Shown here: positions 12,954 to 25,600 of the stretch, one piece after another
Numbering within the stretch: the stretch's first letter is position 1
Layout: every line of letters starts with the position of its first letter
NCBI GenBank assembly: GCA_964247055.1
Contig: OZ176051.1
Span: 11,532,001-11,596,000 of the forward strand
Length of the DNA stretch: 64,000 nt
Reading direction: 5' to 3'
Source of the DNA: Paragordius varius
Lineage: Eukaryota; Animalia; Nematomorpha
Translations under genes and position numbers: made by a program
The notes under the pieces: model-generated
What the model was told of the DNA's origin: nothing
Databases searched by the model: none
What the model saw: only the letters and a program-made list of their open reading frames with translations

Positions 12954-12967
12954 TTCGTATTGAATGA
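5962..12967 (+). CDS. MGAT4: Alpha-1,3-mannosyl-glycoprotein 4-beta-N-acetylglucosaminyltransferase (GnT-IV family), multi-exon
   Basis: N-terminal type II TM (FFLIIIIITITLFIYLY). Spliced motifs match GnT-IV: AIGIPSAERISTNYLIETLRSI (~6865), FYPNWNDVKPSLGDSADRTR|WRVKQILDF (7250/8281), YYIQ|LEDD, WCILDFCSLGFIG|KLF, KPIDWLL (8707), PMFQHLGLESSLKGKKQ (9210), HKNPSATLSTTLK..FFWSFEP (10330-10490), SGHEDHYKDRL (11278), IRIRIYANSTFWVSISE (12270). The last exon IRIE* (12953-12967) is inferred. Confidence 0.9.
8859..9077. mobile_element. Hairpin MITE, TA-flanked (Tc1/mariner-type); degenerate copy
   Basis: Near-palindromic: GTCATGTATCC..ATGGTAAA / TTTACCAT..ATACATGA. Same family as 48492-48699. Confidence 0.75.
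9302..9600. mobile_element. MITE family 1 (TA|CCATTTACA..TGTAAATGG|TA with 21-bp subterminal repeats); other copies at 10773-~10970, ~12620-12841, 14566-14807 and 57064-57405
   Basis: Shared termini TACCATTTACA(A/G)TTCAAATTCACC and GGTGAATTTGAA(C/T)TGTAAATGGTA, a variable number of AATTCACCCTTGAACAATTCA-like units, and a shared AT-rich core. Confidence 0.85.
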
Positions 12968-13376
12968 AAAAATTGTCGGTTCAAAAAACCTCTAACAAAA
13001 AGAACATTTTACAGGAGGACAAGTCATCTCTTATTGGAGAAGTTATATTTTAGGATCAAAATGAATTTCCTCCAATTTAGTACATTTAAATACTTATTCT
13101 ATGCAGGGGAATGTAAAAATCAAATATAATATATAGTATAAATAAATTTATTATTATTATTACTGATTTTTTGGTTTTCTCATACAATGAATGTACCTCA
13201 AGTAAATTTATTTGTGTGTGGATTCGCATATCAATCATACATTTGAACAAGAAAATTATTGAGTGTGCAATAATAGTAGTAGGCTTTTAAAGTTATAAAT
13301 ATCCAATATAAATTTCGAATACTAACCACGCTCTACAAAATTAATTCCATCATAATATTAATAAAATGTGTGTTTG

Positions 13377-13972
13377 TTAATATGGATTTTTTCGTGTACT
13401 ATGTGACGATATAGTAGATGATATATGATTCGTTTCATGTGTTGTATGTGCTATATTTTTCTGGGTTGATTGCAGTGATGGTAATTTTAAAGAGGGATGA
13501 TCTCCAAATAATATGGGTTTAGCATATTCCACAAATTCGTCGATAAGGACTGGCCATGCACCTTATTATGTTATATATATATAAAAAGAATTTATTTTGT
13601 ATGTGATTAAAGTCATTCAAAAAAAACTTAATTAGGGGCAATTTTGGAGTACGACAATATAAGTCTCTCTTTTTCCCTTTGTTAAAATGTACTTTTTAAA
13701 GTTAAGGGCTTAAATTATGATATTGTCATCAAGACTAAAACACTTGTAACAAAAAGCCTAACAACTTTTACTAATATTGATCCTTAATATGCTTTCAGTT
13801 TTGCATAACAAGTAAAAAAATATCGCAAATGTAGGCATGTTTAAGCAAACATTGCGTAACTTTTTGTACATATTAAATTCTACCAAAAAAATCATATACA
13901 ATGGGGATTGGCTAGTTTTCAAAAAGATACGTTATGATTAAGCCTAGACTTAATGGTATAAATTGTAAATTT

Positions 13973-14003
<31 letters not shown>

Positions 14004-15722
14004 GATTAAAAGGTTGACCTCAGAGATATAATTGCGTATTTTCGAAAACTTGTAATTAATTTTATTGATATTTTGCTTTATGCATAGTTTAGCAATGAGT
14101 AACTGTGCGCAATTAAAATATTCAAAAAATCTAGTGTTAACTTATATAAGTCTTTTACATATATTAAATTTATTATATTTGATGAATAACTAAACAAGTA
14201 CTTTCATGATCATAATTGCCCATATCATCCGTTATTGTACGTGAAAAATCTAATAAAAGATTCCATGTATCACGAGATATTGCTTTTTTATGATGAGTCT
14301 ATATAATAAATACGGTAAAATTTTAAAGATAACGCTTAAAATAAAAAGTCTTATGGAGGAGTTTAGTATATAAGTTCATGATAAGGACAACTATTTTGAT
14401 TGATAATTTTTTGATCAGATATGTGGTTATAAATTCCATTTTTTATCGTGTTACCATAAATAAAAATAAATGCGAATAATGTTTTAACGTTTAATTTGAG
14501 TCTCTACATAATTTAAAGTATGTTTATTGTAAGGTAAATAATAAAACGTATAACCAACATTAATGTACCATTTACAATTCAAATTCAGCCTAAGAATAAT
14601 TTATGTCCTTTCGTAATATAATTCATCATTCATACTTAATATATTTTTAGAGCATAGTTTATTAGTTTTTCAGTTTTATATTAATTTTAGATAAAATTCA
14701 TTTTTCAAAAATATTAAAAAAATATAAAATTTTAATCTTAAAAATACATGATTTATTTTTAAGGTGAATTTGAATTGTTCGAGGGTGAATTCGAACTGTA
14801 AATGGTATATGATAATATAAAATTTAGTTAGCAGAATGTAAAACTTTATGATTACCAAAAGAAATTGGCACCAAAGACTTAGAAATTTGAAGCGATTACA
14901 CAGTAAAATGTTCCAATACGCTATCGCCATATCCAAATCTGTAATTAAATAATTTAAAAATTGTATCCAATATAAACTTAAAACAAATTTTTAAAAATAT
15001 AATATGAATGCGAAATTTTTGTTATATTTTCATTTTAAATAATTTTTAATTGGAATTACTTGATAAGTATTTATTAAAAAGTTTGGTTTCATTGTTTTTA
15101 ATATAATAAAATTACCAAGAGATCGTACACCGGTTCCTTTTGCATAATTAAAAGCAAATTGGTAAAAATCCTTGAAATCGGATTGATTTTTCCATAGGTC
15201 GTTTTCTATTGCAATAAGTTTGTTTTTGAGTTTTTCTAAGGAATCACAGCTATATAAATATAACCATATTAAATACTTTAATTCTATCATGCCCTGAAAG
15301 AATTCGTCTTTAGTAAATTCGCATTGTGTAAGAGCTTGAAATTTCCAGGCCATAATTAAAACCAAAATACTATCGGCTTTTAAATGCAAATCATCTAGCA
15401 ATTTAACAATCCCATCAGGGCCAATTTTGCCTTCGGAAGATTCTAATTAAACTTTATTTGTGATGAATAACCTTTGTATCGGTGAAATATAGCATCAATT
15501 TTTTTCTTATCAACCGTTGGTAGATTTTCTCTAAACTGTTGGTATATAAAAGGATTTTGGAAGTAAGAATCAATTGCATGCTCTAATTTCCAATCTGTGG
15601 AGGTCAGACAAGCGTACGCAACTTTTTCATTAGCCTGAGTAAAGGCTATAAATTGTTTAAGTTTATCTTTTTGAGAATGCTTTAATTTGTTCTACAAAAT
15701 TAGGAAAACAATAATATACCAT
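13377..15722 (-). CDS. DCUN1D1: DCN1-like protein 1/2 (neddylation E3, UBA + PONY domains)
   Basis: M|[49 protein letters not shown]|[29 protein letters not shown]|[21 protein letters not shown]..|[21 protein letters not shown]..|[19 protein letters not shown]..|[15 protein letters not shown]; stop at 13379-13377. Confidence 0.93.
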
Positions 15723-15795
15723 TTTTTGTATATTTTTAAAAACCTTTTTGAAATAAATTTGAGATATCTGAATTTCAACATATGTGTGATGTCAT
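15723..15795. promoter_or_regulatory. 73-bp head-to-head interval between the DCUN1D1 and MVK start codons (candidate bidirectional promoter)
   Basis: ATG on - at 15722 and ATG on + at 15796; both N-termini align with the orthologue N-termini. Confidence 0.55.
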
Positions 15796-18417
15796 ATGAT
15801 ACAAAAGGTGATTTCAGCTCAGGCTCCAGGTAAAATTATTTTGAACGGAGAACATGCCGCAGTTTATGGAGAAGTTTTTTTTATATAATGTTTATCAGAG
15901 AGTCATTTCTTGTGCAATAAATCTTTTTTGCTATGTTGATATATACATAATCTCAAGCGAAAATTTTAAATTTGTAATTAATATAAATGACGCAACCTTG
16001 GATATAAACTCAAGTCTTCCATATTTTAATCATGGTTACTTAGAAAATATTATTTTTAAGATCTCAACGTTTATGAAAGGGAATTCAATGTATGGTGTAC
16101 ACCCTTGAGTCTAAACACCCATATCCTTAAAATATCATTAAAAGCTTTGATATATCTGTATTACCATATCCTACATCACAAATTTAATGCAGAGTTATAT
16201 GGCCTAAGAATAGATGTGAAATCAGATATTCCGATTGGGATGGGTTTGGGTTCATCAGCGGCGTTTAATGTTGCTCTTTCAGCGGCCTTTTTAAGTTTGT
16301 CTCACGACAAAGAAACACTTTCAAACTCCTTGCATCCGGATAAAAACCTAATCAATGATTGGGCTTTTAAAGCTGAAACTCTTATACATGGAAAACCGTC
16401 TGGAATCGATAATTTTGTCAGCACAAACGGTATTAGGTTTTACGATTATATTTATCAATTTCATGATTTGGTTAACTATTTGACAATAATATGATCTTTT
16501 TATTTAATGGAGTGGGTAACGACGAGCGTTTAACCCAACAAATAACCTTTTATTTACGTTATTTTACGACGATTTCCACATCATTTACATTATCTTCTCA
16601 AATCTGTTTTAAAAGTCTAGGGTAGTGGTACTCACCAAAAAAATTCGCGGTCCCTTTTAAATATATTTTCATAGTGTGGGCTTACGTATCTTCATATTTG
16701 ACTATTGAACATACATATATATGTTAAATTATATACCCTATTATTAATAGCGAGATCTTGTTTTATATAATAATGCCATAAGTTAAATCATATTGTGTTG
16801 TAAGCCATAAAATGTACCGCTATTATAAAAATATGGTCAGTATTGAATTTTTCATTTATGGCCATAAAAAATCAATTTGAGTGCATCATGCGGCCCGTGG
16901 GCTGCGGTTTGACTATCTTTGATTTAGTCTCAACTCTTATTAATTTTGTTGATCGATATTTTATTCTTTTCTTTTTGCCAATTATGACTTTTCTTTTGTG
17001 CATTAGTAACTAAACTCGTAAATGATGATAAAAATTTTGTTTATTAGACAAATTAAAATGTTAAAACAATACCAATATTAGAACATTTTTTTACATGGTT
17101 TAATCCAAAATACATTTTTTCCCCGATTTTTTCGCATTAAAATAGTATTTTGTCCATTAAAAAGGTGGAATTGTTTGCATGAAATCAGGATGTACCCAAA
17201 TTCTGAGAATTACCAATTCATATTTACAACAATATACAAAAATTTTGTGCATAAACTCTGGTATACAACGAAACACTAAACGATTGATTGAAACTGTTTC
17301 TAACCTATATAAAAAGGTATTATGCTTTTTCTTATATATTTTTTTGTAAAAAAAATGGATTTAAATTAAATTTATTCCTAATTATCTTTATTAGGAACCT
17401 AATATTGTTAAATCCATATTTTCAACCATTGAGTTATGCGGTAATACACTTATTGAAGAATTGGAATTACAACAAGCTACTAATTTAACTTCAGACCAAT
17501 TGCCTATGAAAGACACTACCTTTTCGAAAGAACAATCAGTCGATTCTTCAATTATCAAGGCTAAATATGACAAGATATCGGTATAGACTTGATTAAATTT
17601 ATATAAATTTAATTTTTTCCCCATAATTTTATTTATTTATTTACCTTAGACTGCATTCGACATTAATCATTTAATGTTATGTGCTTTGGGTGTTAGTCAT
17701 CCCAAACTTGATAAAATACGTCAAATTTGTGGTGAAAACTCCACCTTTATAAATGATCCTGCACTTTCAAATGGATTTGGTCAAGGCGATGACATTTCAC
17801 AAAATTGCGACAATCAGAATAAGGATGATATAAAAACGTTTGATTTAACGTTAAAACCTAAGATTACAGGAGCTGGTGGAGGTGGTTTTATGATTGCTTT
17901 TTTACCGTTTGTTACAAATGGTAGGTTTTGAATATTATTTTCTATAAAATTACACATTACTTAACAAACTAATTACTGAAATTTATGATAAAAAGCCATA
18001 TTATTATTGATTAAAAGTTTTTTCTTCCGTGTGCAAAAAAATTGTTAATAGGCAACTTTTTTTTCAAGTTTTCTTCTAACTTTTATCCGGTTGCTCTTTG
18101 TTAAATTTTCCACATATAAACAAAAATAATGCTACAATTTTTCATATTTTAAATTGTGTTTAAAATTTTCATTTTCCTATTTATGTTTTTTGAAGTTTTT
18201 AATTTTTTACGTTATGCCTTAAACAGATTATTGATTTATCATGCATGTTTTATTAGAATTTGAAGAAATGCATTTACAGAAATGTCTCCAATTAAAACAA
18301 AAAGTATTGAAAGATAATGGATTTGATTCTTTTGTATGCAGCTTTGGGGGTCCAGGTGTCTCTGTTACACCCTATTTCGATCGCATTCCTAAAGATTTTA
18401 TACGAAATATCTGCTAG
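15796..18417 (+). CDS. MVK: Mevalonate kinase (GHMP kinase), multi-exon
   Basis: MIQKVISAQAPGKIILNGEHAAVYGE|RVISCAINL; SDIPIGMGLGSSAAFNVAL; AETLIHGKPSGIDNFVSTNG|G; INSGIQRNTKRLI; INHLMLCALGVSHPKLD; KITGAGGGGF; GFDSFVCSFGGPGVS; stop TAG at 18415-18417. Confidence 0.93.
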
Positions 18418-18761
18418 AAATAATAATAAAATTGTTGAATTTAAATAAAAGACGCAACTCTTATTTCCATTATCACCTTTTTCTTAAACTAGTCTGGTTT
18501 AATTCACGCATTTGCTCAATACTTTGATGATATAACACACTTTTAACACATATATACTATTTCTGTATGCACATCACTTGCACCATATATTACCCAATTA
18601 TGACATTGGTTAATAAATTATTTTTCATATTAATAAACATTATTGAATAATTTTATTTGTGGGAACGCAAAAGTTATCATATTTGAAATAAACATAAACC
18701 TTTTCCTAAATTTACACCATAAAGTTATTTCAAAAATGTTTCATATAATTTCGATGATATT

Positions 18762-19013
18762 CAGAGGCGTAGCTTGCATTTCTGGCACCCGATACATAGA
18801 TCCGTGATGGCGCCCCCTTGCATTTTATAATCAAATTCAAACCGTGGTCATGACCATTCATAGGGTGATTTTTTATGTATTATTATTTAAAATAATTACT
18901 TTTAAATACCTATTTTTTGGTTTAAGATCAAGATTTTTTTAAAATCCGGTGCCCCTTCAACTATGGAGTCCGGTGCATCAGCCCCCCTTTCCTTCCCCCT
19001 AGCTACGCCTCTG
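18762..19013. mobile_element. hAT-type MITE
   Basis: Perfect 13-bp TIR CAGAGGCGTAGCT / AGCTACGCCTCTG; 8-bp TSD ATGATATT / ATAATATT (7/8). Confidence 0.85.
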
Positions 19014-19634
19014 ATAATATTTGGAATTATAATTATTTGGACATTTTAGCGCATAATTCCAAAAAGTATTTAGGATTGTAAAATTGGGACTTCTTATTTC
19101 AATATTTTTTATCGCTAAATTAATAGCGTATATATATGGAAAATTTAGAAGTTTTTATAATTTTAAAAAATCTAAAAATACATAAAATGAAACACATTAA
19201 CCTTTGATCGGCTAGTCGTTCTATTGCTAAATTTTAACTCAGGGAATTGGATATTATGTATACCACAGTAATTTATACCATTTATATAGATTAAATACAT
19301 TAAAATTCATTATGATTGGGTTAAAACAACATTATTAATTGTTAGATGTCGTAAAATTAATTGTGCATATGAGCATATATATTATATTTGTAAAGGTTAT
19401 AAAATACATGTAATACATTCTCATTAAAAATTTACTATAAATGTTAAAATAAATCTAAAAAATATATCTTTACTCTGATTAGCGTATAACAATAAAATAT
19501 ACATTTTTTATATTATCGTATTTAATTAATTAATACATCATCTGTAAAAATTTGGTTTTATTAGCTCTTGACCACGTTTGACATAATATCCTAAATAAAT
19601 TAAATTAATAATTGATTGAATGATTAAAACATTT

Positions 19635-22600
19635 TTAATTATTAGTGGTATTTTGAGGTGTAGAATTGTTAGGAGTCCTGCTAGTAACCATTTTTTCTTC
19701 TAAATCTTCGAATCGGGCATTTGGGTAACGTTGTTTAAGGCCATCTTTAAGCATAAACGTATGTTCCCAATCCCGCGTTTCAACGACACACTTTACATCA
19801 ACGCTAAATACGTCGTTTTTGACCCAAGCTCTTTCGTGGAAGATGTCTTTTAAACTGTCACATAATATATAATAAATTTTGGTGAAAATGAATGATAACG
19901 AAAATTTTATGATGTTTGTATAATTAGTATTTGTATATATATATAATAGTATGCACATTAATTCTGGCTAATTCACATTATTGTTGGCCAATTGGTTTTA
20001 AAATGGTAGCATAAGATATAAAATGAATTTCGTCCATAATTAAAAAACATTTAATGTTAAACGATGAGAAAAATGTAATTTCAACCATTTGTTATTTCAT
20101 AGCACACACTGTATTACACATTGGTATTTATGTTTTGACCAGTTTTGGGTAAATATCAGGAAAGTTTTTAATCTACTCAGGAAATATTTGAAAAATTGTT
20201 ATGATAATTTGGATTAAAAATTTGATTTTTATCATTCATTTGTAAAAATCCAGGTTATCAAAGCAAAATGATTTGGTAAAAGGAAAGAGAGATAATGCAG
20301 TCTCAAAGTACCATAAAAAATAACTTAAAATATATTAAAAATAATTCTCCTACACTAATCTACGTATTATCCCCTAAATTTTGGATTAAAATATTATTTT
20401 CGCACAAATTTACACATACCTGACACCTAAGGAAAATAAGTAATTGGTTAATTGAGCAATCCCACCGGGTCTGTCCAACAATGTCACTTTGAATCGAATT
20501 AAACGCCCATCTGCCGCTAAACCCCGATCAATACATCGACCTAGGATAGAGGTATCAATGTTCCCCCCGCACAAAAGTATAACGACCCTTGATAAATGAA
20601 TTTTTAGGTTAATTATATATTATATAATAATATATGTCTCAAATATTTCAATAAAATATTATAATTATTAATAAATTTTGTTATGAAGTAATATACAGAG
20701 GACTCTGTTTTAATAAAACTCTTAAAAATCATATTTTGATATTGAGAGATATCCCAATGTTTACCGTAAATAGGCAAAAATATTTTTAAGGGAAGTATCC
20801 GCATTATGAAACATTTTCCAAATGACTCAACAAAAAAGCGTTTTTCTATGCTTCCAACGTAAAAAAAATTAAATATCAAATTTTTGGACAAATAAATACC
20901 TTTTTTTAACTGAAATATATCTTGATTATCAACCAAAAAGAGGTTTAACCTATATCATCTGATTAGACTCAGTAAGCTTTATAAAAGAGTTGTTTTTTGT
21001 TAAAATAAACTATTGCATGAAATAACTTTTTTCCAATAAACTCCGGAAGAAGACCGGCCAATACAGCGGCTAGACCACAGGCCCCTGCGCCCTCAACAAC
21101 GGCTTTTTCCATTTCCAATAATCGTAAAATAGCCAAAGCTATGTGTTCTTCACTTATAAACAAAAATTATTTGTAAATTTTGACATTATGAAAAATACGA
21201 TTCAGGGGTGTTCAACACGCAACCCGCGTAAATATAAATTTTGCGAAATCTAGGTAAAATTGATTTCCTTAAACAAATTTTCAAATGAGTCAATCAGTTT
21301 CGGCTATATACTAGAAAGATTTTTTAAATTAATAGTAGTTTCTACATTCTCATGTTTGAAAATTAATACAATATTTGTAAGTGTCCATATGTTTTGCGAA
21401 TGTAGGCCGTCAAATTTTTTGATCCAAAAATGCGGCCCTCGAAGCCATTTGTTTAAACAACCCCTGATCTAAACTATGTATGTTTAAGGCATTACAACTT
21501 GGTTTTTAGTTACGTTTATAAGAAAAAATTGAAAAACGAAAATTGGCTTCTTACTTAACTGTCACAACTTTGTCAACGATATCCTTTGCCGTTTCAAATG
21601 CATTTACACCGACCACTGGGACAGCTAAACCTATACAGACACACACAATAACATAAAAAAAATATTAAAATAAACCAGCTAATAAAAATTATTTATAAAA
21701 TCCAACTATTTCTAACCATCTGCCAAAGATGAATATGATGGAGTATGCGTAGGTTTTCCTTCCTTGAGAGCGTTCATAAAACTTGGACATCTAATTGCTT
21801 CTGCGCCCTTTAAAATTATGTTTTTTTATCAATTCTTTATATCATAGTTTTGTTTATAGATCTTTAAATTTTAACCAATATTATTATTTAATGCACCAAA
21901 AATTTAAACATTGTTGGATTGTTAAACAATTTGGGATATATTATTAGATTTCCTAAAAAATTTGGAATTTATTTGGCTTCCCAATTGTAAGAACGAAACT
22001 ATGAAAAAAAAATTATAAAAATTTAAATTTTAGTATAATATACCACAATTTTAACGTTAGGCCTTAAATGTTTAATAGCTAAGGAGACACCAGCTATCAG
22101 ACCCGCTCCTCCAACTGGTATAATAATACCATCAAAATTGCCCATTTGTTCACAAATTTCGAGGCCCATAGTACCCTGGCCTGCTATGATATCTCTGTGA
22201 TCATATCTATAAATATTAAAGGATAGTTATAAAAAGTTTTAAAATAAAAAATATGCTTATTCTATAAATTAAACCCATTTATGTAGACTAAATTATATAA
22301 TTTGGCCAAATGTAGAGCATAAAGTTTTGATTCCGCCATATCACTGCCACGAACGATAACTTTTGCATTGAATTGTTTGCAAGAGTTGATCTTCATGATC
22401 GGAGCATATTTGGGCATTACGACAGTTACCTTATAAATTTTAGAAATTTACAATAACATAAAGCTTATATTAAAATAGTGATATAGATTAATTGGTATTA
22501 GAAAATAAAAAAATGTTCTTTCAAGTATTAGATCTTGAGTGGACAAAAAAATTAAAAATTAAATATATAGCTTGTAGATTAATTATTTATATGTTAAAGC

Positions 22601-25600
22601 AATTTCCGTAAGGCAAAATATTTAATCAAAAAACCAAATTTTAGTGTGTGCTACTCTATTGTGTAACAAAAAAATATTCTAGAACAAAATAGAGTTGGCA
22701 CTTTTGAATATCATAGGTTGGATACGGTGATAAACTGAAATATCAAATGATTTTATGGTTTGCCTCTTTAAATTTAATTACTACCCAGATAAAAAAATAT
22801 ATATTTTTAAGTAATTTTTTATTTTAAAAAAACCAACAAACCTTCTAAAATACTTAAATACCATTTTTTTGCAAATACATAATTATCCATTAAATAATCA
22901 TTTGATGAGAACAAAAATTTTAAGGGACAGTAAAATAATATTACGTTAAAAAATGAGAACCATTAGTAGTATGAAATTACACTTTAAATAAGTTCAATTA
23001 TTGCTGAAGTCACATTGATATATCAGAATATTTATAAATTTATTTTACTTAAATCAAAACCTGAGCCTCAATTCCTGTGCTATGAGTATAGGTGAAAAAC
23101 TTAAAACATTATATAACTTTAAATATTTATATATAAGATGTAATTTAATAAAGTCCGCATAATTGCAAAATGTTTTTTGACTGAATTGGTTGAAAATATT
23201 ACGTACGATCATATTATATTTATATAAATTTTATATTTTGGTTGAGCGCTAAATATTTTTTTTGGAATAAAATTATAAAGAATCAAGACCTACAAAAAAT
23301 CTTTTTGGTATAAAAAAATACCTTGATATTGTTTAATTGACCGTGGTAAGCCAATGCTAGGGCATGATTTCCCGCAGACGCAGCTATAACTCCAGCAAAA
23401 TGAACCGGATATTTTGGGTCTTCGACAAATTTGGATTTATCTTCCAATTTATTGTAGCGATCACGATTCGCTATTAACCTTAGAAGGGAATGACTAGCAC
23501 CACGTTCTTTAAAACTGTATAAATATTTTCAAGGAATTTTTTTGGTATACTCAAAAAATTTAATTTTAGTCCAAGGGAGTCCAACACAAATGGCTTTGCG
23601 GGCCTCATTTTTGACCTAAACAATCAGACGGGCTCATTCGAGATTCCAAAAATAAAATTCTAAAATATGAAAACTACTATATTTTAAAATTATTTCTACT
23701 CAGTACTAAAAACAAAATAATTTTTACTTAGTTTTCGTAAACAGCATTTTTTTATTATTTAATTTATTTTTCTAGCTCGCAAAAATAATTCGGAGGGCCG
23801 CGTGTGGCGTGTTGGACACCCCTGTTTTAGTTGCTATACTAAATGTATGATTTGTATTCAGAAGAAATTTAAAATTTTATTTGTTTATATTAATATTTCC
23901 AATATTTTTTTAATATATTTAACAGTGAATATTCCATAAATTATAAAAAATTCATTAGATAATATCATATATATAATTACTTTCCGGTGTATTGGAGGAA
24001 ATCTTTCTTAAACCAAATTTCCATATTGCACAAATTGGATAATCTGGATTTCTATACAAAAATTTAATAAAATCAAATGTCTTTTCAAAGTTAGAGTTAT
24101 TTAATATGCGATTTTGTAATACATTTTATATCGAAAAATAACAAACACAAAGATGACCTTGAAATGTATAAGTAGGGCAGATTTTTTGAAAGAAAAAGCG
24201 GGACATATCTGAATGGGGGGGGGGGGGGTACAACCAAAAATTTTTATACAAAAAATTAATTGTAGTAATTTATTTATTTTTAACACAATACATTAAAAAT
24301 AAAAAAAATTATTCCTTGGTATATTTTTTAGTTGAGTGAATGCGTTTTAGCAGATTGTCATCATTTTTTAAAATATTGTAGAAGTCTTCAAAAGAATTCT
24401 ACAATATTATATTTGACAAATGGCAAAGTTTCAACATTTAAATTTGATTTTTTCGATGTCCACATCTGAGTTACTGTGGAAAAACGCGCTCATCAGCAGC
24501 GTTGGTTTCAGCAATAGATAGTGCAAATTCCACAATTAAAATATTATTGTATGAAACATAGTTTGTTTCAAAATGAGGAAATATTTCTAACCATTTTTTT
24601 TACTGTATTTTTTTCTGTTGTCCCTAATTTAAGTTTTTCATTATTAATGTATTTTTAACTAATGATACTTCAGAAAAAAGATCATTTTCTAAAAGATTAT
24701 GGGATGCAGATGTAATCAAATGTTGAACATTGAACCAATTAAATTCTGGTTTTAATGTTATCCAATGGTGATCAATTTCATTGAATTGCACAGTCCAGTC
24801 TTCCAAATAATCTTTACAGTTTGTATAAAACATTTTTATTTGGTACAGGATATCTTGGCGATTTATTAAGCCTTGTTTTTCTAAATTATTTATAATATTG
24901 TGGATGGTTAATGGTAAAAAATTCTTTTCTAACCTTTCTTGACATTGGAATTTTAGGTTACTAACTTCATTGGCTACTTCGATTGCCGGAATTTTGTCAC
25001 CTTCTATCAATTTAATAACTTTTTGAAAGAGAGAAGCTTGATTATGTAGGAATTCTAACCATATTTTTGAAGAATCACTTTCAAAAAACTTTTCCAAAGT
25101 TGTAGGACATTTGTCCTGTGATAAAAAAAGGATTTTAATGGATCATACATTTTTAAGATTCTTTCGATAGCTGGCAGAAGAGCTAACCAACGATTAAATA
25201 TCCAAGCATTTTTTGATATTGAAATTCTGCATTTTCACAGAATTCCTTAAGCATTTCAACGCGTACAGGTATATATAAAAATAGGAATATATTTTAACAG
25301 CTAAATTTTCCACATTTAGGAGTAACAAATCAACAGCTGTTTGAATAGCGTTGTGTATTATATGCGCTGCACACCCAACGCCAATAATATTTTGAATAAG
25401 ATTGTCTGCTAATTTATGAAAAATATTTATGCTTTTCCACCGAAGTTCGTATTGGTGTAGTCAGCGTAATATGCGATGACTCTTTTAATTTTTTTTAGAT
25501 TATTCATTATTGAAGTAAATATTATGTCGGAATTTTCACCGGATATAGAAATAAAATCTAAAATTTTATTTTTTACATCGGTTTCTGGATCAAAATATCT

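Noticed and set aside
16090-16109. Possible 20-nt intron GTATGG..CTTGAG in MVK
   Set aside because: A 26-nt intron at 16035-16060 has a better T-rich acceptor and gives an open frame (HDLNVYEREF..), explaining the same shift.
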